This document shows positions 25,737 through 26,770 of a DNA stretch of 26,770 nt, piece after piece. The translations under genes were made by a program, and so were the position numbers. The notes beneath the pieces are model-generated. The model ran no database searches. It was not told the DNA's origin and was given only the letters and a program-made list of their open reading frames with translations. How positions within the stretch are numbered: position 1 is the stretch's first letter; each line of letters starts with the position of its first letter. This stretch comes from a virus. Its lineage: Duplodnaviria > Caudoviricetes. Location: positions 1 to 26,770 of the IMG/VR virus record IMGVR_UViG_3300005805_000395; one strand, given 5' to 3'.

Positions 25737-26770
25737 ATGAACTTATTTGAAAACATCGAAGGCTCTAATAGAGCCGAAGAAATTAAACCACTCGTAAATA
25801 AGTGGTCAAAAACTGGCCTTTTAGAAGGTCTGAGTAATCAATACAAGGGCACTCTTGCAGTTCTTCTTGAGAACCAAGCAAGACAACTTGTAAAAGAAGG
25901 ATCTGCAACTACCGCAGGTACTGCTGGCGCAGGCTATGAGCAGTGGACTGGTGTTGCTCTTCCTCTTATTCGAAGGGTGTTCGCTCAAATCGCTGCTAAA
26001 GAATTCGTTTCTGTACAGCCGATGAACCTTCCTTCCGGTCTTATCTTCTACCTTGATTACAAGTATGGTAAGGACAAGAATCCATTTGGATTCGCTCCTA
26101 CCGGACAGAATCAAACTGGTACACTCCAAGGTATTACTTCAACCATTGACGCAGACGCTTCTGACGGTCTTTATGGTGCAGGTCGCTTTGGATACTCTTC
26201 AAACACTAAGACCGGTAGCGCAGATGTTACTGTTGTGTTTGGAAGTGCAAATCAGAGTGATGTAAACTTTGACGGTGCTTATACGGCATCAGTAACCACA
26301 GAGTGGAAAACCTGGGCGATTCCAACATCGTCAGCAACTGACTTGGATACCTTAGCGGTTAGATCCTTTGTTCCAATTTCTAAATCTGTACAGCTAGAAG
26401 TAGGTCAATATTTACCCGCGTTCACTAGAATTTCTGGTGCTAATGTACTCTTTGTTGTAACTGCGTCTATCAGTACGCCGTCCACAGCTACTAACTTCCT
26501 CTACTCCGTTCAGCCTACCAATAACAATCGCGGAGACTTCGAAGCCAAGCCAGTAGACGCTAACAACCGCTATATGGATACTGATCTCAACATCCCTGAG
26601 ATTGAACTCCAAATGCGCTCTATCCCAGTAACTGCTAAGACTCGTAAGTTGAAAGCAAGCTGGACTCCTGAATTCGCTCAAGACTTGAACGCTTACCACT
26701 CTGTTGATGCTGAGGCTGAGTTAACTTCAATGTTGTCTGAGTATGTGTCAATGGAAATTGACCTTGAAAT
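25737..26770 (+). CDS. gp23: Major capsid protein (T4 gp23-like), 3'-truncated by window end
   Basis: Manual translation is open from ATG 25737 to the end: MNLFENIEG..KWSKTGLLEG..LLENQA..LPLIRRVF..VSVQPMNLPSGLIFYLD..AKTRKLKASWTPEFAQDLNAYHSVDAEAELTSMLSEYVSMEID; missing from ORF track because there is no stop. Confidence 0.96.
   Translation, partial: MNLFENIEGSNRAEEIKPLVNKWSKTGLLEGLSNQYKGTLAVLLENQARQLVKEGSATTAGTAGAGYEQWTGVALPLIRRVFAQIAAKEFVSVQPMNLPSGLIFYLDYKYGKDKNPFGFAPTGQNQTGTLQGITSTIDADASDGLYGAGRFGYSSNTKTGSADVTVVFGSANQSDVNFDGAYTASVTTEWKTWAIPTSSATDLDTLAVRSFVPISKSVQLEVGQYLPAFTRISGANVLFVVTASISTPSTATNFLYSVQPTNNNRGDFEAKPVDANNRYMDTDLNIPEIELQMRSIPVTAKTRKLKASWTPEFAQDLNAYHSVDAEAELTSMLSEYVSMEIDLE

Noticed and set aside
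625-26699. All minus-strand ORFs and the short alternative-frame + ORFs (24109, 25424, 26053)
   Set aside because: They lie wholly within well-supported + strand genes and show shadow composition (e.g. poly-Ser opposite acidic tracts) with no motifs
1-26770. Stop-codon reassignment (seen in some large phages)
   Set aside because: Genes are full length in the standard code; TAG ends sbcDC (6143) and terL (19478), TGA and TAA end others; coding density is already near complete
1-26770. tRNA, rRNA or mobile elements
   Set aside because: No intergenic space large enough except 24456-24585, which lacks a cloverleaf; no transposase or integrase motifs

Overview
AT-rich segment of a large T4-like (gp17/gp20/gp21/gp22/gp23-type) tailed dsDNA phage genome; all credible genes are on the + strand, densely packed, standard genetic code. 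Order: LamG/ConA-domain virion protein; an inserted DNA-metabolism block (T7 endonuclease I-like resolvase, TOPRIM primase, single-chain Mre11-Rad50/SbcD-SbcC fusion); a 1202-aa virion protein; about 14 small to medium ORFs; then large terminase, portal, prohead protease, scaffold and major capsid protein (25737 to window end, absent from the ORF track). A TATTTAT(A/C) motif sits upstream of nine genes. A-rich start regions mostly lacking Shine-Dalgarno sites suggest a Bacteroidota host (inference). Most interesting signal: many otherwise unrelated small ORFs share short leaders (M-x-K-L-x-x-L-L-x(0-5)-E, an L-R-x-x-I-R-K-E-I helix, or a scaffold-like R/K-x(3)-AG-L/I motif) ending in (L/I)-x-E sites of the kind cut by T4 gp21-type proteases. 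Their cargo domains include an HxGH nucleotidyltransferase, an RNA-ligase-like domain, a HAD phosphatase, a ParB/Srx-like domain and a HiPIP-like Cys4 protein; a GNAT domain lies in an E-site-delimited modular ORF in the same cluster. This suggests a modular capsid-packaged, protease-released effector payload. All assignments come from reading motifs by eye; no database search was run.
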